Positions 10,317 to 21,724 are shown, numbered from the stretch's first letter. The stretch is DNA of 64,000 bases from an uncultured delta proteobacterium (GCA_963823335.1 CAWGLD010000001.1:1024001-1088000); one strand, 5' to 3'. Translations and numbers: made by a program. Notes: generated by a model from the letters alone, not told the origin.

Positions 10317-10988
10317 TTAGGTCTGGAGACGTCCTTGTTTCAGATAGATGACGCGATGTTTGGTATTATGAATCAACGTCGTATCATGTGTCGCAAAGAG
10401 GACTGTTGTTCCCCGTTTATGAAATGTTGTAAGGAGTTCAAAAATAGTTTCGGCTGCATCTGAGTCGAGGCTTCCTGTTGGTTCATCGGCCAGGATTATT
10501 TTGGGTTCACCGACAACCGCCCTGGCAACCGCCACTTTCTGTTGCTCACCGCCCGATAAGCCCAGAGGAAAGGCTTGCAACCGGTCTTCCATGCCAACGG
10601 TTCTTAAAACGCTATGAACCTTTTTCTGTATGAAGCGTTGATTCAGGCCTCTTGATTCAAGTACGAGAGCAACATTTTGAAACACCGTTTTTCCTGGAAT
10701 CAGTTTGTAATCCTGGAAAATAATACCCAGTTTTCTTCTCAAGAGATGCGCACGGTTCTTTGATATTCTGGCCAGATTCATGCCATCGATCAGCAACTGG
10801 CCTTCTGTTGTACTTTCCCCAAGGTAAAGGAGTTTTAGCAAGGTGGATTTTCCAGCGCCGCTGGGACCGGTAAAAAAAACAAACTCGTTCTTAAATATAT
10901 CCAGTGTAATATGATTCAGCGCGGGTTTTGAACCATAGCTCTTGCTGACATTGAAGATTCTAATCAGTGCAGTATCCGCGGTTTTCAT
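10317..10988 (-). CDS. ftsE: Cell division ATPase FtsE
   Basis: GPSGAGKST, IFQDYKL, LSGGEQQ, ADEPTG and ATHD motifs, adjacent to ftsX. Confidence 0.95.
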   Translation of the reverse strand: MKTADTALIRIFNVSKSYGSKPALNHITLDIFKNEFVFFTGPSGAGKSTLLKLLYLGESTTEGQLLIDGMNLARISKNRAHLLRRKLGIIFQDYKLIPGKTVFQNVALVLESRGLNQRFIQKKVHSVLRTVGMEDRLQAFPLGLSGGEQQKVAVARAVVGEPKIILADEPTGSLDSDAAETIFELLTTFHKRGTTVLFATHDTTLIHNTKHRVIYLKQGRLQT

Positions 10989-12322
10989 TCAAAGAATTCC
11001 TGACCCATCTCTCGATGTAAAGAGGCTTTGGCAATTTGAAAATCATATAATGCACGGTAATAGTTGTTCATGGTTCTGAAAAGGAGCGTTTGTGCTGTAA
11101 GGACATCGGTGGATGTCGCAACCTGCTCTTGGTAACGCTCTTCGTTGATCCGGGCATTCTCTTTGGCCTGTTCAATGGCGGTCTCAATGGTGGTGATATT
11201 TTTCTCTGATGTCTGCATCTGCAGATAAGCCTGTGTAACACTGAGCTGGATGCCGTCTTCTATTTTTGAACGGTTCAATATTGTCTGGGAGCGACGGCTC
11301 TTTTTCTCCCTGGTGTTATAGGATCTTTTTCCCCAGTCCCAGAAATCCCATGATGCAACAGCGCTGATATCCCACGTGTCCTCATCTCCAATGCCATCAC
11401 CACCACTGACATCCCATTCCGTTCCATATCTGTAGTAATTGCCCTGCAGGTTAAGTGTCGGGTAATAGGCGCCTTTTGCTATCAGGATATCTTTGTCTGC
11501 CAGTTCAATTTCAATATCAGCCATCTTGAGTTCGACCCGATTTTCCAACGCGGTCCTGATGCAGAAATCAAGATCAAATTCAAAGGGTTTGTAGTCAAGC
11601 ATATCGACCACTTCAATGGGCTGGTGAAGGGGGCGTCGTAGCAGGACGTTCATATAGGATCTGGCGATGTCCAGATTGCTTTCTGTAATGACCACCTGCT
11701 GCTTAGCACCTGCCAGCAGAACCTGAGATTCCAACAGGTCATTTAGAGGAGACATGCCAACCTGGTAGAAATTGTTGACCACCTCCGTCTGAACGCTGAC
11801 CTGCCTGACCGTTTCTTTTGAAATGTCCAGGAGTTTTTCGGCTTTTAGGATCTCAAAATATGCTTTGGTTGCCTCTATTGCCACATCCTGCCTGACCCGA
11901 TTTTTATTTGCCTTTGTCAGGTCAAGATTCAGCTCCGCCATTTTGTACTGATTGGCAATGGAAAAACCACTGAACAACGGCTGGGTAATGGAAGCGACCA
12001 GTGTGTACCTTTCTTCAGGGGTAGTGATACCCACAAAAGGGCTCCTGATTTCCTTTTCGTTTCGCTTGTACTGGTATTTTGTGTTGAGAAGCGGATAAAA
12101 ATTTGTTCGGCTCTTTTCTTTCGCATATTCTGCAGCTTCGGTCTCCTTGATCGAGGTCTTGATATCGAGATTTGCCTCCAGGGCAATTTGGACGACCTGC
12201 TGCAGGGACAGCTGGGCTGATTTAGCTTCTTCTGCCCTTAAGGTACTTTGACCTTGAAACCATAGGAATATGACCAAAAGACAATACAAGCAGGCTTTGT
12301 GGCAATATTTTGCTGAATCCAT
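10985..12322 (-). CDS. TolC family outer membrane efflux protein
   Basis: Signal peptide, LSLQQVVQIALEAN, repeated OEP halves (YP.L motifs) and ERYQEQVAT..DVL.AQ. Confidence 0.9.
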   Translation of the reverse strand: MDSAKYCHKACLYCLLVIFLWFQGQSTLRAEEAKSAQLSLQQVVQIALEANLDIKTSIKETEAAEYAKEKSRTNFYPLLNTKYQYKRNEKEIRSPFVGITTPEERYTLVASITQPLFSGFSIANQYKMAELNLDLTKANKNRVRQDVAIEATKAYFEILKAEKLLDISKETVRQVSVQTEVVNNFYQVGMSPLNDLLESQVLLAGAKQQVVITESNLDIARSYMNVLLRRPLHQPIEVVDMLDYKPFEFDLDFCIRTALENRVELKMADIEIELADKDILIAKGAYYPTLNLQGNYYRYGTEWDVSGGDGIGDEDTWDISAVASWDFWDWGKRSYNTREKKSRRSQTILNRSKIEDGIQLSVTQAYLQMQTSEKNITTIETAIEQAKENARINEERYQEQVATSTDVLTAQTLLFRTMNNYYRALYDFQIAKASLHREMGQEFFE

Positions 12323-12431
12323 TAAGTTATCCTGATTCTCAGTGGTATGATTTTGATTTGACCCGATCTCAAATAATTGCTAAAGCATTCCCGAGGTGAA
12401 GGAGTGCTGTCACCAGTTTTCCTTTCTCAGG

Positions 12432-12486
12432 ACCTCCACTGAAACCCATTGAATCGCTTCTTCCGTTTTGGTGGAGGTTTTTTTTT
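12432..12486 (+). terminator. Intrinsic terminator-like hairpin upstream of pyrE
   Basis: ACCTCCACTGAAAC (12432-12445) pairs with GTTTTGGTGGAGGT (12465-12478) through two G-U pairs on the + strand, followed by a T run. Confidence 0.55.
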
Positions 12487-12619
12487 ACCCGAAAGATGAC
12501 ATTAAATCAACTGTTTCTTGAAAGGGACGTGGTATGGAATCGCCCGGTTTTTGAAGAACCTACGGGGTTAGCACTCGCTTTTGCGGTTCAATACGAAAAC
12601 AGTTAAGGAGAACCCAAAG

Positions 12620-13183
12620 ATGAAAAAGGAACTCATTGACCTTCTGTGTACAAAATCCTTCAAGTATCATGATCAGCCTGTTTTTAAACTGGTTTCCGGC
12701 CAGATGAGCCGGTATTATATCAACTGTAGACCCGTGACACTTGATCCCCGTGGCTTGTTTCTTGTGGGGCATCTGATGTTTCAGACAATCAAGGATCTTG
12801 AGGTGAAGGGAATCGGCGGGTTAACTTTTGGCGCTGACCCGATAGCGGTGGCTGCCGCCTATACTTCCGAGCTTAAAGGCCGACCCGTGAAAGCTTTTTC
12901 CATTCGAAAAAACCAGAAAGATCATGGTGTTATCCAGTGGATTGAAGGTGATATGAGTCCAGGCGACCGGGTTGTTATTATCGATGACGTTGCGACGACA
13001 GGCGGTTCGACCATAAAAGCGATTGAGCGGGCTAGATCGGAAGGACTGGATGTCATCAAAGCGGTTATTCTGGTGGACAGGCAGGAAGGCGGTATCGAGA
13101 ATATACGCAAGCACGTGCCGGATGTATCTTCAGTCATTTTACGCGATGATTTGATCCAGCGCTGGAAACAACGGCAAAAATAG
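12620..13183 (+). CDS. pyrE: Orotate phosphoribosyltransferase
   Basis: [29 protein letters not shown] and [18 protein letters not shown] lies upstream of ATG 12620. Confidence 0.95.
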   Translation: MKKELIDLLCTKSFKYHDQPVFKLVSGQMSRYYINCRPVTLDPRGLFLVGHLMFQTIKDLEVKGIGGLTFGADPIAVAAAYTSELKGRPVKAFSIRKNQKDHGVIQWIEGDMSPGDRVVIIDDVATTGGSTIKAIERARSEGLDVIKAVILVDRQEGGIENIRKHVPDVSSVILRDDLIQRWKQRQK

Positions 13184-13204
13184 CACGCTTAAAAAAATAG
13201 CCTA

Positions 13205-13573
13205 TCAGGGAATATATGTGGCGCAGGCGTCATCGGATTCCCAGGTACGGACACGTGAAACACGAATTTCCGGATCAGAGATTTTTTCCTGCATCGACTC
13301 GGCGATATATCTGGCAATATTTTCTGAGGAAGAGTTTTTATTTTGAAAGCACTCTAAATCGTTAAGAAAGGTGTGGTCCAGGGTCTTAACGATATCTGCA
13401 AGGTGTTTTTTGATCTCACCAAAATCAATCACTACGCCGGCATCATTCAGTTTTTCACCTGCAATAAAGACTTCAATCTTCCAATTGTGTCCGTGTAGAT
13501 TTTCGCATTTTTTTGCTACCATGGCCAATTGATGGGCCGCAGCAAAGTGGTTAACAACTTTTAATTCATACAT
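13205..13573 (-). CDS. queD: 6-carboxytetrahydropterin synthase
   Basis: FAAAH, CENLHGHNW, DFG, LDH and SSENIA motifs. Confidence 0.95.
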   Translation of the reverse strand: MYELKVVNHFAAAHQLAMVAKKCENLHGHNWKIEVFIAGEKLNDAGVVIDFGEIKKHLADIVKTLDHTFLNDLECFQNKNSSSENIARYIAESMQEKISDPEIRVSRVRTWESDDACATYIP

Positions 13574-13591
13574 GGTATCACCAATGGTTTT

Positions 13592-14710
13592 CTAATGGAT
13601 TGCGCTTTCCGGCTCTCCTTTGAACAGGTTTTTTATTTTATTGGAGATTTTGTTGGCGTCCAGGTTTGCAAATTCTTTCAGGAGCTTTTCCTGCTTTTTA
13701 TTCAGATTGGTGGGGGTTTTGATGGATACCTGAATGATTTGATCACCACGCCGACCGTTTCTCAGGGAAGCGATACCTTCTCCTGAAAAGCGAAAAACAT
13801 CGCCCGGTTGTGTCCCTTTTGGTATTTTTAAGGTTTTTTTGCCGACCAGTGTCGGTACCTCTATTTTATCCCCCAATGCGGCCTGGACGAAGGAAATGGG
13901 AATTTCACATATTAGATCTGAATTGTTTCTGGCAAAGAAATCGTGGGGCTCGACATGGATAAAAATGTAGAGATCACCTGGAGGGCCCCCGATGCTTCCT
14001 GCTTCACCTTCACCATTTAAGCGAAGCCTGCTGCCAGTATCGACACCTCCTGGGATTTTTACCGAAACGGTTTTCTTGGTTTTCAGATGACCGGACCCCC
14101 TGCAGTTTTTGCACGGAGACGAGATGGTCTGCCCGCTCCCGCCACATTGTGAACAGGTGGTTCTGACGGTGAAAAAACCTTGACTGCTGGAAACCTGACC
14201 CAATCCGTTGCACTGGCTGCATGTTTCCGGATAAGTGCCTGGTTCACTGGCACTTCCTTCACAGACCGAACAGGTTTCCAGTTTTTCTACGTCGACGGTC
14301 GTTTCAGTGCCGAATGCTGCATCCATAAAAGAAAGACCGAGGTCATAGCGGAGGTCTGACCCTCTCCGGAATCTGCCGCGCCCGGAACTCCGGCCTGAGC
14401 CGAATCCGAAAAAATCCTCAAAAATATCACCAAAGCTCGAAAAAATATCTTCGAATCCGCCAAAACCCGAAAATCCAGATCCCTCCAAACCCTGATGACC
14501 GTACTGATCATAGATTTTTCGTTTTTGGCTGTCCCTGAGGACCGCATATGCCTCTGCGGCGTCCTTGAAGCTTTCTTCGGCATCTTTATTGCCCGGATTT
14601 TTATCCGGGTGGAATTTTATGGCCTGCTTTCGATAAGCTGTCTTGATTTCCGATTCTGAAGTGTTTCGGTCGACGCCTAAAATTTCGTAGTAATCTCTCT
14701 TGTTCTGCAT
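13592..14710 (-). CDS. dnaJ: Chaperone DnaJ
   Basis: J-domain HPD, a G/F-rich region and four CxxCxGxG-type repeats. Confidence 0.98.
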   Translation of the reverse strand: MQNKRDYYEILGVDRNTSESEIKTAYRKQAIKFHPDKNPGNKDAEESFKDAAEAYAVLRDSQKRKIYDQYGHQGLEGSGFSGFGGFEDIFSSFGDIFEDFFGFGSGRSSGRGRFRRGSDLRYDLGLSFMDAAFGTETTVDVEKLETCSVCEGSASEPGTYPETCSQCNGLGQVSSSQGFFTVRTTCSQCGGSGQTISSPCKNCRGSGHLKTKKTVSVKIPGGVDTGSRLRLNGEGEAGSIGGPPGDLYIFIHVEPHDFFARNNSDLICEIPISFVQAALGDKIEVPTLVGKKTLKIPKGTQPGDVFRFSGEGIASLRNGRRGDQIIQVSIKTPTNLNKKQEKLLKEFANLDANKISNKIKNLFKGEPESAIH

Positions 14711-14869
14711 GAATAACCTGTTTGATGAATGGAATAGAACCGAACCAATTGGTCATAAAAATAATGCAGCATGGCGTCTTGTCAATGCATGATGGTTACA
14801 ACGGGAGGGATTTGATGAACAAAAATCATGGAACCGGCATCAAGATAAAGGTTTGCGGGAAATCTTGCT

Positions 14870-16510
14870 TCAGCCGACAAAAGATCTACGGAAGCGTGTA
14901 TCCTTTTGCCACCTGGCGTCGTTTCTTTTGGGGTATTCAATATTGTAGTGAAGGCCGCGGCTTTCTTTTCGGTAAGAGGCGCATTTGATAATCATTTCTG
15001 CGACGGTTGCGATGTTCCTGAGTTCGACCAGACCGGATTCAATCTTGAAATTCCAGTAGTATTCCTGAATCTCGTTTTGAATGATATCGATTCGCCGCTT
15101 TGCTCTGGCAAGGCGCTTGTTAGAGCGGACGATACCGACATAATTCCACATGAGTCGCCTAATTTCGTCCCAGTTGTGAGAGACCATGATGACCTCGTCG
15201 CTGTCGGTTGTTCCTGTGTCGTCCCAGTCAGGTATCTCCGGTAGCGGCTTGAATTTGCCTTTCTTGAGGTTTTTAATGGCTTGGGTCGATGCATTATTGG
15301 CATAGACAACCGCCTCGATCAATGAATTACTGGCAAGCCTGTTTGCGCCATGAAGTCCGGTGCAGGCGGCTTCTCCGATGGCGTAAAGATTTTGAATATC
15401 GGTTCTGGCAAAAAGATCGGTAGCAATTCCGCCACACATGTAGTGCTCTGCAGGAACCACCGGAATGGGTTCTTTTGTCATGTCATACCCGAAACGTAAA
15501 CATTTCTGGTAGATATTGGGGAAGCGGTTTCTAACAGCTTCAGAATTTTTGTGGGAAATATCCAAAAATACGGAATCATCGCCACTTTTTTTCAGTTCTG
15601 TATCGATGGCGCGGGCTACCACATCTCTACATGCAAGATCTTTTTGTGGATCGTAGTTTTTCATGAAAGGATTCCCCCGCGAGTCAATCAGAAGCCCTCC
15701 CTCTCCCCGAACAGCCTCAGAGATGAGAAAATTTTTCGCATCCGGGTGGTAAAGACAGGTTGGATGAAACTGGACAAATTCCAAGTTAGCCAGCGTAGCA
15801 CCCGCACGATATGCCATGGCGATGCCGTCTCCGGTCGCCACATCTGGGTTGCTGGTGTAAAGATACACTTTTCCGGCACCGCCCGTGGCGATCAGGGTGA
15901 TGTTCGCACTGAACGAGAGTACACGACCTGTTGTTTTATCGAGAACATAGGCGCCGCAGCAGCAATCTTCGTGGGTGGTCGTAATGAGACCTCTTTTCAT
16001 GCTGGTGGAGAGGGTGATGAGATCGATGGCGATGTGACTTTCAAATAACGCTATGCTTTCATGATGCTGCAGATGTGAGACAAGCACGCGCTCGATTTCT
16101 TGGCCCGTCATATCCTGGGCATGGACGATTCTGTTCTGAGAATGGCCCCCTTCACGTCCTAAATCGAGCTGGTCTGAGGCCTCATGGGGGTCTGAATTTT
16201 TTCTGATATTGAACTTGACACCGAGTTGAATAAGTTCCTTGATGCGCTCCGGACCACTCTTGACAACGGTTTCGACAACATTCGGGTTACACAATCCATC
16301 ACCTGAGGCAAGGGTGTCCTTGATGTGAAGGTCAAAGGAATCAAGTTCATCAAAAACAGAAGCAATACCTCCCTGGGCAAGGCTGGTGTTGCTGTCCGTT
16401 ACCTTTTCTTTCGTAACGACAGCGACGGAACCGAATTTGGCGACTTTTAGAGCAAAGGTCAGGCCTGCGATACCACTGCCGATGACCAGAAAATCATAGG
16501 AATATTTCAT
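14870..16510 (-). CDS. nadB: L-aspartate oxidase
   Basis: GSGIAG, AQGGIA, REGGHS, QFHPT, SEAVRGEG, HGANRLASNSL and ESRGLH motifs. Confidence 0.96.
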   Translation of the reverse strand: MKYSYDFLVIGSGIAGLTFALKVAKFGSVAVVTKEKVTDSNTSLAQGGIASVFDELDSFDLHIKDTLASGDGLCNPNVVETVVKSGPERIKELIQLGVKFNIRKNSDPHEASDQLDLGREGGHSQNRIVHAQDMTGQEIERVLVSHLQHHESIALFESHIAIDLITLSTSMKRGLITTTHEDCCCGAYVLDKTTGRVLSFSANITLIATGGAGKVYLYTSNPDVATGDGIAMAYRAGATLANLEFVQFHPTCLYHPDAKNFLISEAVRGEGGLLIDSRGNPFMKNYDPQKDLACRDVVARAIDTELKKSGDDSVFLDISHKNSEAVRNRFPNIYQKCLRFGYDMTKEPIPVVPAEHYMCGGIATDLFARTDIQNLYAIGEAACTGLHGANRLASNSLIEAVVYANNASTQAIKNLKKGKFKPLPEIPDWDDTGTTDSDEVIMVSHNWDEIRRLMWNYVGIVRSNKRLARAKRRIDIIQNEIQEYYWNFKIESGLVELRNIATVAEMIIKCASYRKESRGLHYNIEYPKRNDARWQKDTRFRRSFVG

Positions 16511-16547
16511 TCAGCATCTCGTTTTTCTATGGTTTGTCAAGCACCTG

Positions 16548-17210
16548 TTACAACAGGGATGAATGGCGCTTTTGTTTTTTGGAACTGAAGCCCAAGACGA
16601 AACCCAACAAGAGTACCCCAGAGCCGCCCAGGAACCATCGGATATATTTCTTTTTCAGGGTGTCGTTTAATTCCTTGTCAAGTTCATCGGCCTTCTGCGT
16701 CTGTGTTGAAAGACGTTCAACGGTCTTATCATGTTCACTTTTGAGTTCCAGAAAACCCGCAGCATCCTTTTTCAACTTTTCATAAGACTGTTCTGTTTTT
16801 GTCAGTAGTTGTTCTGTTTCTTTAAGGCCCCTTTCAAGTTTCGTCTTGTCAGCTTGTAGTTGCTGGTTGGTCTTTTGAACAGTCGCCAGTTCTGTTTTCA
16901 ATGTTTCAAAGGATTGACTGACGTCTTTGATTCTTGTCCGACAGGGAACTTCCTCTGAAAGGTATTGTTGGAGAACCCATCCTTCTTTACCGCTTGGAAG
17001 GCTTATTTTAGCCCACTCTCCCTCAGGCTGAAGGAACGTCACCTGCTGGCCGCTGTTCAGGAGAGATATAATTTTTCGATCGTTTCCAGGCCCTGATCGA
17101 AAGGTGATATGCATTTTGTCCGTTACATACCGTGTTTCGGCATGGGCCATGGTTGCAAGAAAAAAAATGGCGATTCCCTGGATTAATAAACGACATAGTG
17201 ATTGTTTCAT
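16548..17210 (-). CDS. SH3 domain membrane protein (YgiM/TIGR04211-like)
   Basis: Signal peptide, RYVTD..RSGPG...EGWV, a coiled coil and a C-terminal TM (WFLGGSGVLLLG). Confidence 0.88.
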   Translation of the reverse strand: MKQSLCRLLIQGIAIFFLATMAHAETRYVTDKMHITFRSGPGNDRKIISLLNSGQQVTFLQPEGEWAKISLPSGKEGWVLQQYLSEEVPCRTRIKDVSQSFETLKTELATVQKTNQQLQADKTKLERGLKETEQLLTKTEQSYEKLKKDAAGFLELKSEHDKTVERLSTQTQKADELDKELNDTLKKKYIRWFLGGSGVLLLGFVLGFSSKKQKRHSSLL

Positions 17211-17432
17211 GAAAATTTGCCTCCAAAGTGAGTGGCAACACTATAGATCAGGATTTATGTCGCCAGCTTGTAAAGTCTTATTTTGACATTATGTTTATGG
17301 CAAAGGTATTTTGTGTTGAACAATCGAATCTGTCAATAAATTCTTTTCATACGTCAATACATATGATAATTTCAAGTATTTGATAGGAACCGTACCGGGC
17401 AATACCGTATTGTAAAGGGGAATTCTTCATTC

Positions 17433-17861
17433 ATGATAGTATTTGATCTGCAATGTGAAAAAGGGCATATCTTTGAAGGTTGGTTTGAAGATGGCCAGGC
17501 CTATGACGCGCAAAAAAAAAGGGGGCTTATTACGTGCCCGTCATGCAACAGTACCGCTATTTCTAAGCGTCCTTCCACCTTTGCCATCAAAGGCTCTCAA
17601 TCGGTGACGGGCCAGATGGATCAGCAGATCGATTTAGAGAAAATGAGTAATGACATCAGCGAGTATGTAAACAAGAATTTTGACAATGTGGGTTGTGAGT
17701 TTGCCAAAGAAGCGCTGAAAATGCATTATGGTGTAACCGAGTCTCGAAATATCAGAGGCGTCAGCACAAGGGAAGAAGAAAAAATATTATCCAAGGAAGG
17801 CATTCAATTTTTCAAAATACCGGTTACCATGCCGGCAGATCCAGAGTCAGAAGATTCCTGA
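17433..17861 (+). CDS. DUF1178 family zinc-ribbon protein
   Basis: MIVFDLQC..GH.FEGWF, CPSC, VG.EFAKEALKMHYG and IRG motifs. Confidence 0.9.
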   Translation: MIVFDLQCEKGHIFEGWFEDGQAYDAQKKRGLITCPSCNSTAISKRPSTFAIKGSQSVTGQMDQQIDLEKMSNDISEYVNKNFDNVGCEFAKEALKMHYGVTESRNIRGVSTREEEKILSKEGIQFFKIPVTMPADPESEDS

Positions 17862-17902
17862 GGACCCCGTCTCTGTCGATAAAGACCGCTTTTTTGTTTC
17901 AC

Positions 17903-18667
17903 CTATTCTGCAACAATAAAGACATCCTTGAAACCGCGCTGGATAAGGGCTTTTTCAAATTCAACGGCTTGCTCTAAAGAAGACGCCTTGCCCACACGAA
18001 CCCGGTAAAGCATTGCCAGTCCATTATCATATTCGGAGACATGGGCGTTCTTGTAGGTTTGATCCAAAGTTTCTTTCAATCGAAGGGCGTTTTGTTTGTC
18101 ACTGAACGCACCGATTTGAAATGTAAAATTTCCTTTGTAGTAGTCCACGGGTTCGGATTTTTCTTTACTCCTGGGTGTTTGACGATTGTTCTGTTCCAAT
18201 GCAATGATGGCAACAGGTGCCGTACCCGATGTTGCGATATCAAGTTTTTGTGCTGCTGTATAAGAAAGATCGATAATTCGTCCTTGTACAAAAGGCCCCC
18301 TGTCATTGATTCTCACCGTGATCTCGGCACCGTTATCGAGATTTCTGACATGTACATGGGTTCCAAGGGGCAGTGTCTTGTGTGCTGCTGTCATGGCGTA
18401 CATATCGTAGATCTCACCGTTGGATGTCTTTTTGCCATGAAATTCTTTGCCATACCAGGATGCGATACCTTGTTGCTGAAATCCTCTGGCATGTGATACA
18501 GGCTGATACCACTTGCCGGCAACTCTATACGGTTTTGGTTTCCCAGGGATTTGGGTAGGAGCCGTTGGTGCCGTACTACACCCGGTCACGATTGCAACAG
18601 CCAGGCATCCTATCCAGAAGAAACGGCTGGTTATTTTTAAAGGAAAGAAGTGTTTTATTTTCGACAT
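17903..18667 (-). CDS. rlpA: Septal ring lytic transglycosylase RlpA (with SPOR domain)
   Basis: Lipobox VTGC, ASWYG, TAAHKTLP, RINDRGPF and RIIDLS, plus a C-terminal SPOR domain (QIGAF). Confidence 0.95.
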   Translation of the reverse strand: MSKIKHFFPLKITSRFFWIGCLAVAIVTGCSTAPTAPTQIPGKPKPYRVAGKWYQPVSHARGFQQQGIASWYGKEFHGKKTSNGEIYDMYAMTAAHKTLPLGTHVHVRNLDNGAEITVRINDRGPFVQGRIIDLSYTAAQKLDIATSGTAPVAIIALEQNNRQTPRSKEKSEPVDYYKGNFTFQIGAFSDKQNALRLKETLDQTYKNAHVSEYDNGLAMLYRVRVGKASSLEQAVEFEKALIQRGFKDVFIVAE

Positions 18668-18673
18668 GGGTGA

Positions 18674-21022
18674 TTATTCCATGGCCAGCGTTAATACATC
18701 CTTCATTTTATCTACAAAATGAAAACGGATTTCCTTCTGAACTTTTTTGGGAATATCTACAAGATCCTTTTCATTTGAAAGCGGCATGATCAGCGTTTTT
18801 ATTCCGGATCTATGTGCGGCCAGGACCTTTTCCTTGATGCCACCGACTGGCAGCACCTGTCCCCGCAGGGTAATTTCACCCGTCATGGCAAGATTTCTAT
18901 GTATGACTTTATTTGTCAGCAATGATGTCAGGGCAGTGAGCATGGTTACACCGGCGGAAGGGCCGTCCTTTGGTATGGCTCCCGCGGGAACATGAATGTG
19001 AATGTCACTCTTTTCAAAAAAGTCTTCCTCTATTCCCAGGGCTTTGGCATTTGAGCGGATAAAGCTCAGGGCCGTTGTAGCTGATTCCTTCATGACATCA
19101 CCGAGTTGACCAGTCAGTGTAAGTCCTTTTTGACCTTTCATGGCGGTGGCTTCAATAAAAAGGATCTCACCACCGAAGGGTGTCCACGCAAGGCCCATGG
19201 CGATTCCTGGTGTCGATATCCTCGATTTTACCTCCGAAGAAAATCGGATAGGACCGAGATATTTTGAGATGTTGACGACTTTAATTGAAGCAGGGGGCCG
19301 ATCTTCTCCCTCTGCGATTTTGCTGGCCACGCCTCGGCAGATGGTGGCGATTTCCCGCTCGAGATTTCTCAGCCCGGCCTCTCGCGTATATCCGGTTATG
19401 ATCTGTTTTACAGCGCCCTTGGTAAAGGAGATCTGGTCTGATTTTAGACCATGCTCTTTGCGCTGCCGGGGAATAAGGTATCTGTTCGCAATCTTGATTT
19501 TTTCATCCAGGGTGTATCCAAGAAGCTGCAGGACCTCGATTCTATCCCGTAGCGCCGGTGGGATAGTGTCGAGGATGTTGGCTGTCGTGATGAACATAAC
19601 GCCGGAAAGGTCAAAAGGAACATCAAGATAATGATCTGAAAAGGAAAAATTTTGTTCCGGATCGAGCACTTCCAGCAATGCCGATGAAGGGTCGCCGCGA
19701 AAATCACTGCCGACTTTGTCAATTTCATCCAGCATAAAAACGGGATTGTTCGAGCCTGCTCTTCGGATACCTTGAATGATTCGGCCTGGCAGGGCGCCGA
19801 CATAGGTTCGTCGGTGCCCACGGATCTCCGCTTCATCCCGAACGCCACCCAAAGAAAGACGGATAAACTTGCGGCCAAGGGCCCTGGCAATAGAGCTGCC
19901 TAAAGACGTTTTTCCGGTTCCTGGTGGGCCGGAAAAACAAAGTATGGGACCTTTGGAGTCAGGTTTTAGCTTACGGACGGCCAGATATTCGATGATACGG
20001 TTTTTGGCTTTTTCCAATCCAAAATGATCTTCATCAAGGATTTTGCGAGCTGCTTTTATATCCAGAGTATCTTTGGTACTCTCTTGCCATGGCAGGGACG
20101 TCATCCAGTCGAGATAGGTGGAGGCCACCGTGTACTCAGCAGATGACGGGTGCATCCTGGACAATCGATTGAGTTCTCGCTCGGCCTCTTTTTTTGCTTC
20201 CTCGGGAAGACCTTTTTCCACTATTTTAGACTGATATTCTTCAACTTCAACCTTTGAATCATCTTGTTCACCCAATTCTTCTCTAATGGCTTTTAGCTGC
20301 TGCCGCAGATAATACTGCCTTTGGCTTTTATCCATATCGCCCTTAACCTGGGACTGTATTTTATTCCCAAGCTCAAGAATTTCCAACTGGTGGTTGATCA
20401 GCCTGGTAACTTCTTTTAAGCGCTTTTTGACATTGTCGATTTCAAGAACTGTCTGTTTTTCTTCGACAGAGGCATTGATACTGGAGACGACCATGTTGGA
20501 TAAAATGCCCGGTTCCTGAATCGATTTTGCCATGGAACTGATTTCCTGAGGAAGAACCGGTGAGAGTTCGACTACCTTGGCAAATAGATGGATGATATTG
20601 GTCATCAATGCTTCGGTCTGCGTATCGCTGGATTCTTTTTCCAGGAGATGCTCTACCTTTCCCATCAAATAGGGCTTGCTTTCCAGATAAGTGTCTATCT
20701 TAAACCGGCCAAGTCCCTGCACGAGAATCTGAGATTTATTCTCTTCTGTTTTTGCCATTTTGAGAATGAGGGCACTGGTGCCGATACGATATAGGTCTTC
20801 TGTAGAGGAGTTTCCTTCCCCGGGAGGGGTTTTTGATACCAAAAGGCCGATTATGCGATTGCTTGACATGGCTTCATCGATTAGTTGAACCGATTCTTTT
20901 TGCATGACTACCAGGGGCAGGACCATTTTTGGGAAAAGAACGGTATCAAATAGCGGCAGAATCGGTAAATTCTCAGGGAGCTTTTTAAGATCGACGTCAA
21001 AGCTTGGTTTTTGATCAGTCAT
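18674..21022 (-). CDS. lon: ATP-dependent protease Lon
   Basis: Lon N domain, [23 protein letters not shown] and GGIKEK motifs. Confidence 0.98.
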   Translation of the reverse strand: MTDQKPSFDVDLKKLPENLPILPLFDTVLFPKMVLPLVVMQKESVQLIDEAMSSNRIIGLLVSKTPPGEGNSSTEDLYRIGTSALILKMAKTEENKSQILVQGLGRFKIDTYLESKPYLMGKVEHLLEKESSDTQTEALMTNIIHLFAKVVELSPVLPQEISSMAKSIQEPGILSNMVVSSINASVEEKQTVLEIDNVKKRLKEVTRLINHQLEILELGNKIQSQVKGDMDKSQRQYYLRQQLKAIREELGEQDDSKVEVEEYQSKIVEKGLPEEAKKEAERELNRLSRMHPSSAEYTVASTYLDWMTSLPWQESTKDTLDIKAARKILDEDHFGLEKAKNRIIEYLAVRKLKPDSKGPILCFSGPPGTGKTSLGSSIARALGRKFIRLSLGGVRDEAEIRGHRRTYVGALPGRIIQGIRRAGSNNPVFMLDEIDKVGSDFRGDPSSALLEVLDPEQNFSFSDHYLDVPFDLSGVMFITTANILDTIPPALRDRIEVLQLLGYTLDEKIKIANRYLIPRQRKEHGLKSDQISFTKGAVKQIITGYTREAGLRNLEREIATICRGVASKIAEGEDRPPASIKVVNISKYLGPIRFSSEVKSRISTPGIAMGLAWTPFGGEILFIEATAMKGQKGLTLTGQLGDVMKESATTALSFIRSNAKALGIEEDFFEKSDIHIHVPAGAIPKDGPSAGVTMLTALTSLLTNKVIHRNLAMTGEITLRGQVLPVGGIKEKVLAAHRSGIKTLIMPLSNEKDLVDIPKKVQKEIRFHFVDKMKDVLTLAME

Positions 21023-21076
21023 TATTAACCCTCCAGCGGAAACCCTGTTGCATTAAAGTACCATTATCCCAAAAGA

Positions 21077-21526
21077 TTAACTTCTATCAGAAATTGGAAT
21101 TTTATAAGCTTTATCAATGTCGAGTTTGACCAGTCGAATTTCCAGAAAACCATTGGTATAAGAGGTTGATACGATTTCAGTATCGATGGGTACCGGGAGA
21201 TACAGCACTCTTTCAAAATTTCCATACTGAATTTCTGCCAGACGGTAAGTGGCATGGTCAATACGTGGGAGCTCTGAGCGTTTTCCTGTAAGCTTTATGG
21301 CCCGGTGGCTGACCTCTACGGCCAGGTTTTCTATATCAACGCCCGCAACTTCAGCCCGAACAATAATCTCTTCTTCGGTTTCATAGATATCGATCTGAGG
21401 ATGCCAGGTGCGTTCGGTAAGGGAAAACCTAGGGCTCATTGAGCGAAAAACATCTTCGATAGACCTCTCGATTTTTGAATGAAGCTGATCAACATCATTA
21501 CAAAAGCGTATTTTTATATAGCCCAT
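21077..21526 (-). CDS. Hsp20 small heat shock protein
   Basis: PQIDIYET, EIQYGNFER and YTNGFLEIRL motifs, upstream of lon. Confidence 0.92.
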   Translation of the reverse strand: MGYIKIRFCNDVDQLHSKIERSIEDVFRSMSPRFSLTERTWHPQIDIYETEEEIIVRAEVAGVDIENLAVEVSHRAIKLTGKRSELPRIDHATYRLAEIQYGNFERVLYLPVPIDTEIVSTSYTNGFLEIRLVKLDIDKAYKIPISDRS

Positions 21527-21689
21527 ATCCGACTCCTGTTTACCGTTTGCAAGGAGACTTTCCCCTAAGATGAGCGATTTCTATAAAATGTTTGGGAATT
21601 GAACACTCCCGGAACTCAAACCGCTCAGATTTGGTTTCTTGCACATATAGTTAACAGTAACCCGGATTTTTGTAAAGTAAAGATAGAAT

Positions 21690-21718
21690 TTGCGCTTTGT
21701 GAGGAAGCTACCTATAAT
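21690..21718 (+). promoter_or_regulatory. Sigma70-type promoter, probably giving a leaderless mRNA
   Basis: TTGCGC-17 nt-TATAAT, with only 6 nt between the -10 box and ATG 21725. Confidence 0.55.
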
Positions 21719-21724
21719 TGTGTG

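Noticed and set aside
12415-12436. GGTCCTGAGAAAGG on the minus strand, resembling a PyrR-binding loop
   Set aside because: Imperfect match and on the wrong strand for pyrE.
12568-12594. TTAGCACTC, a CIRCE half-site near dnaJ
   Set aside because: GAGTGCTAA is absent after 9 nt, and the site is downstream of dnaJ rather than in its promoter.
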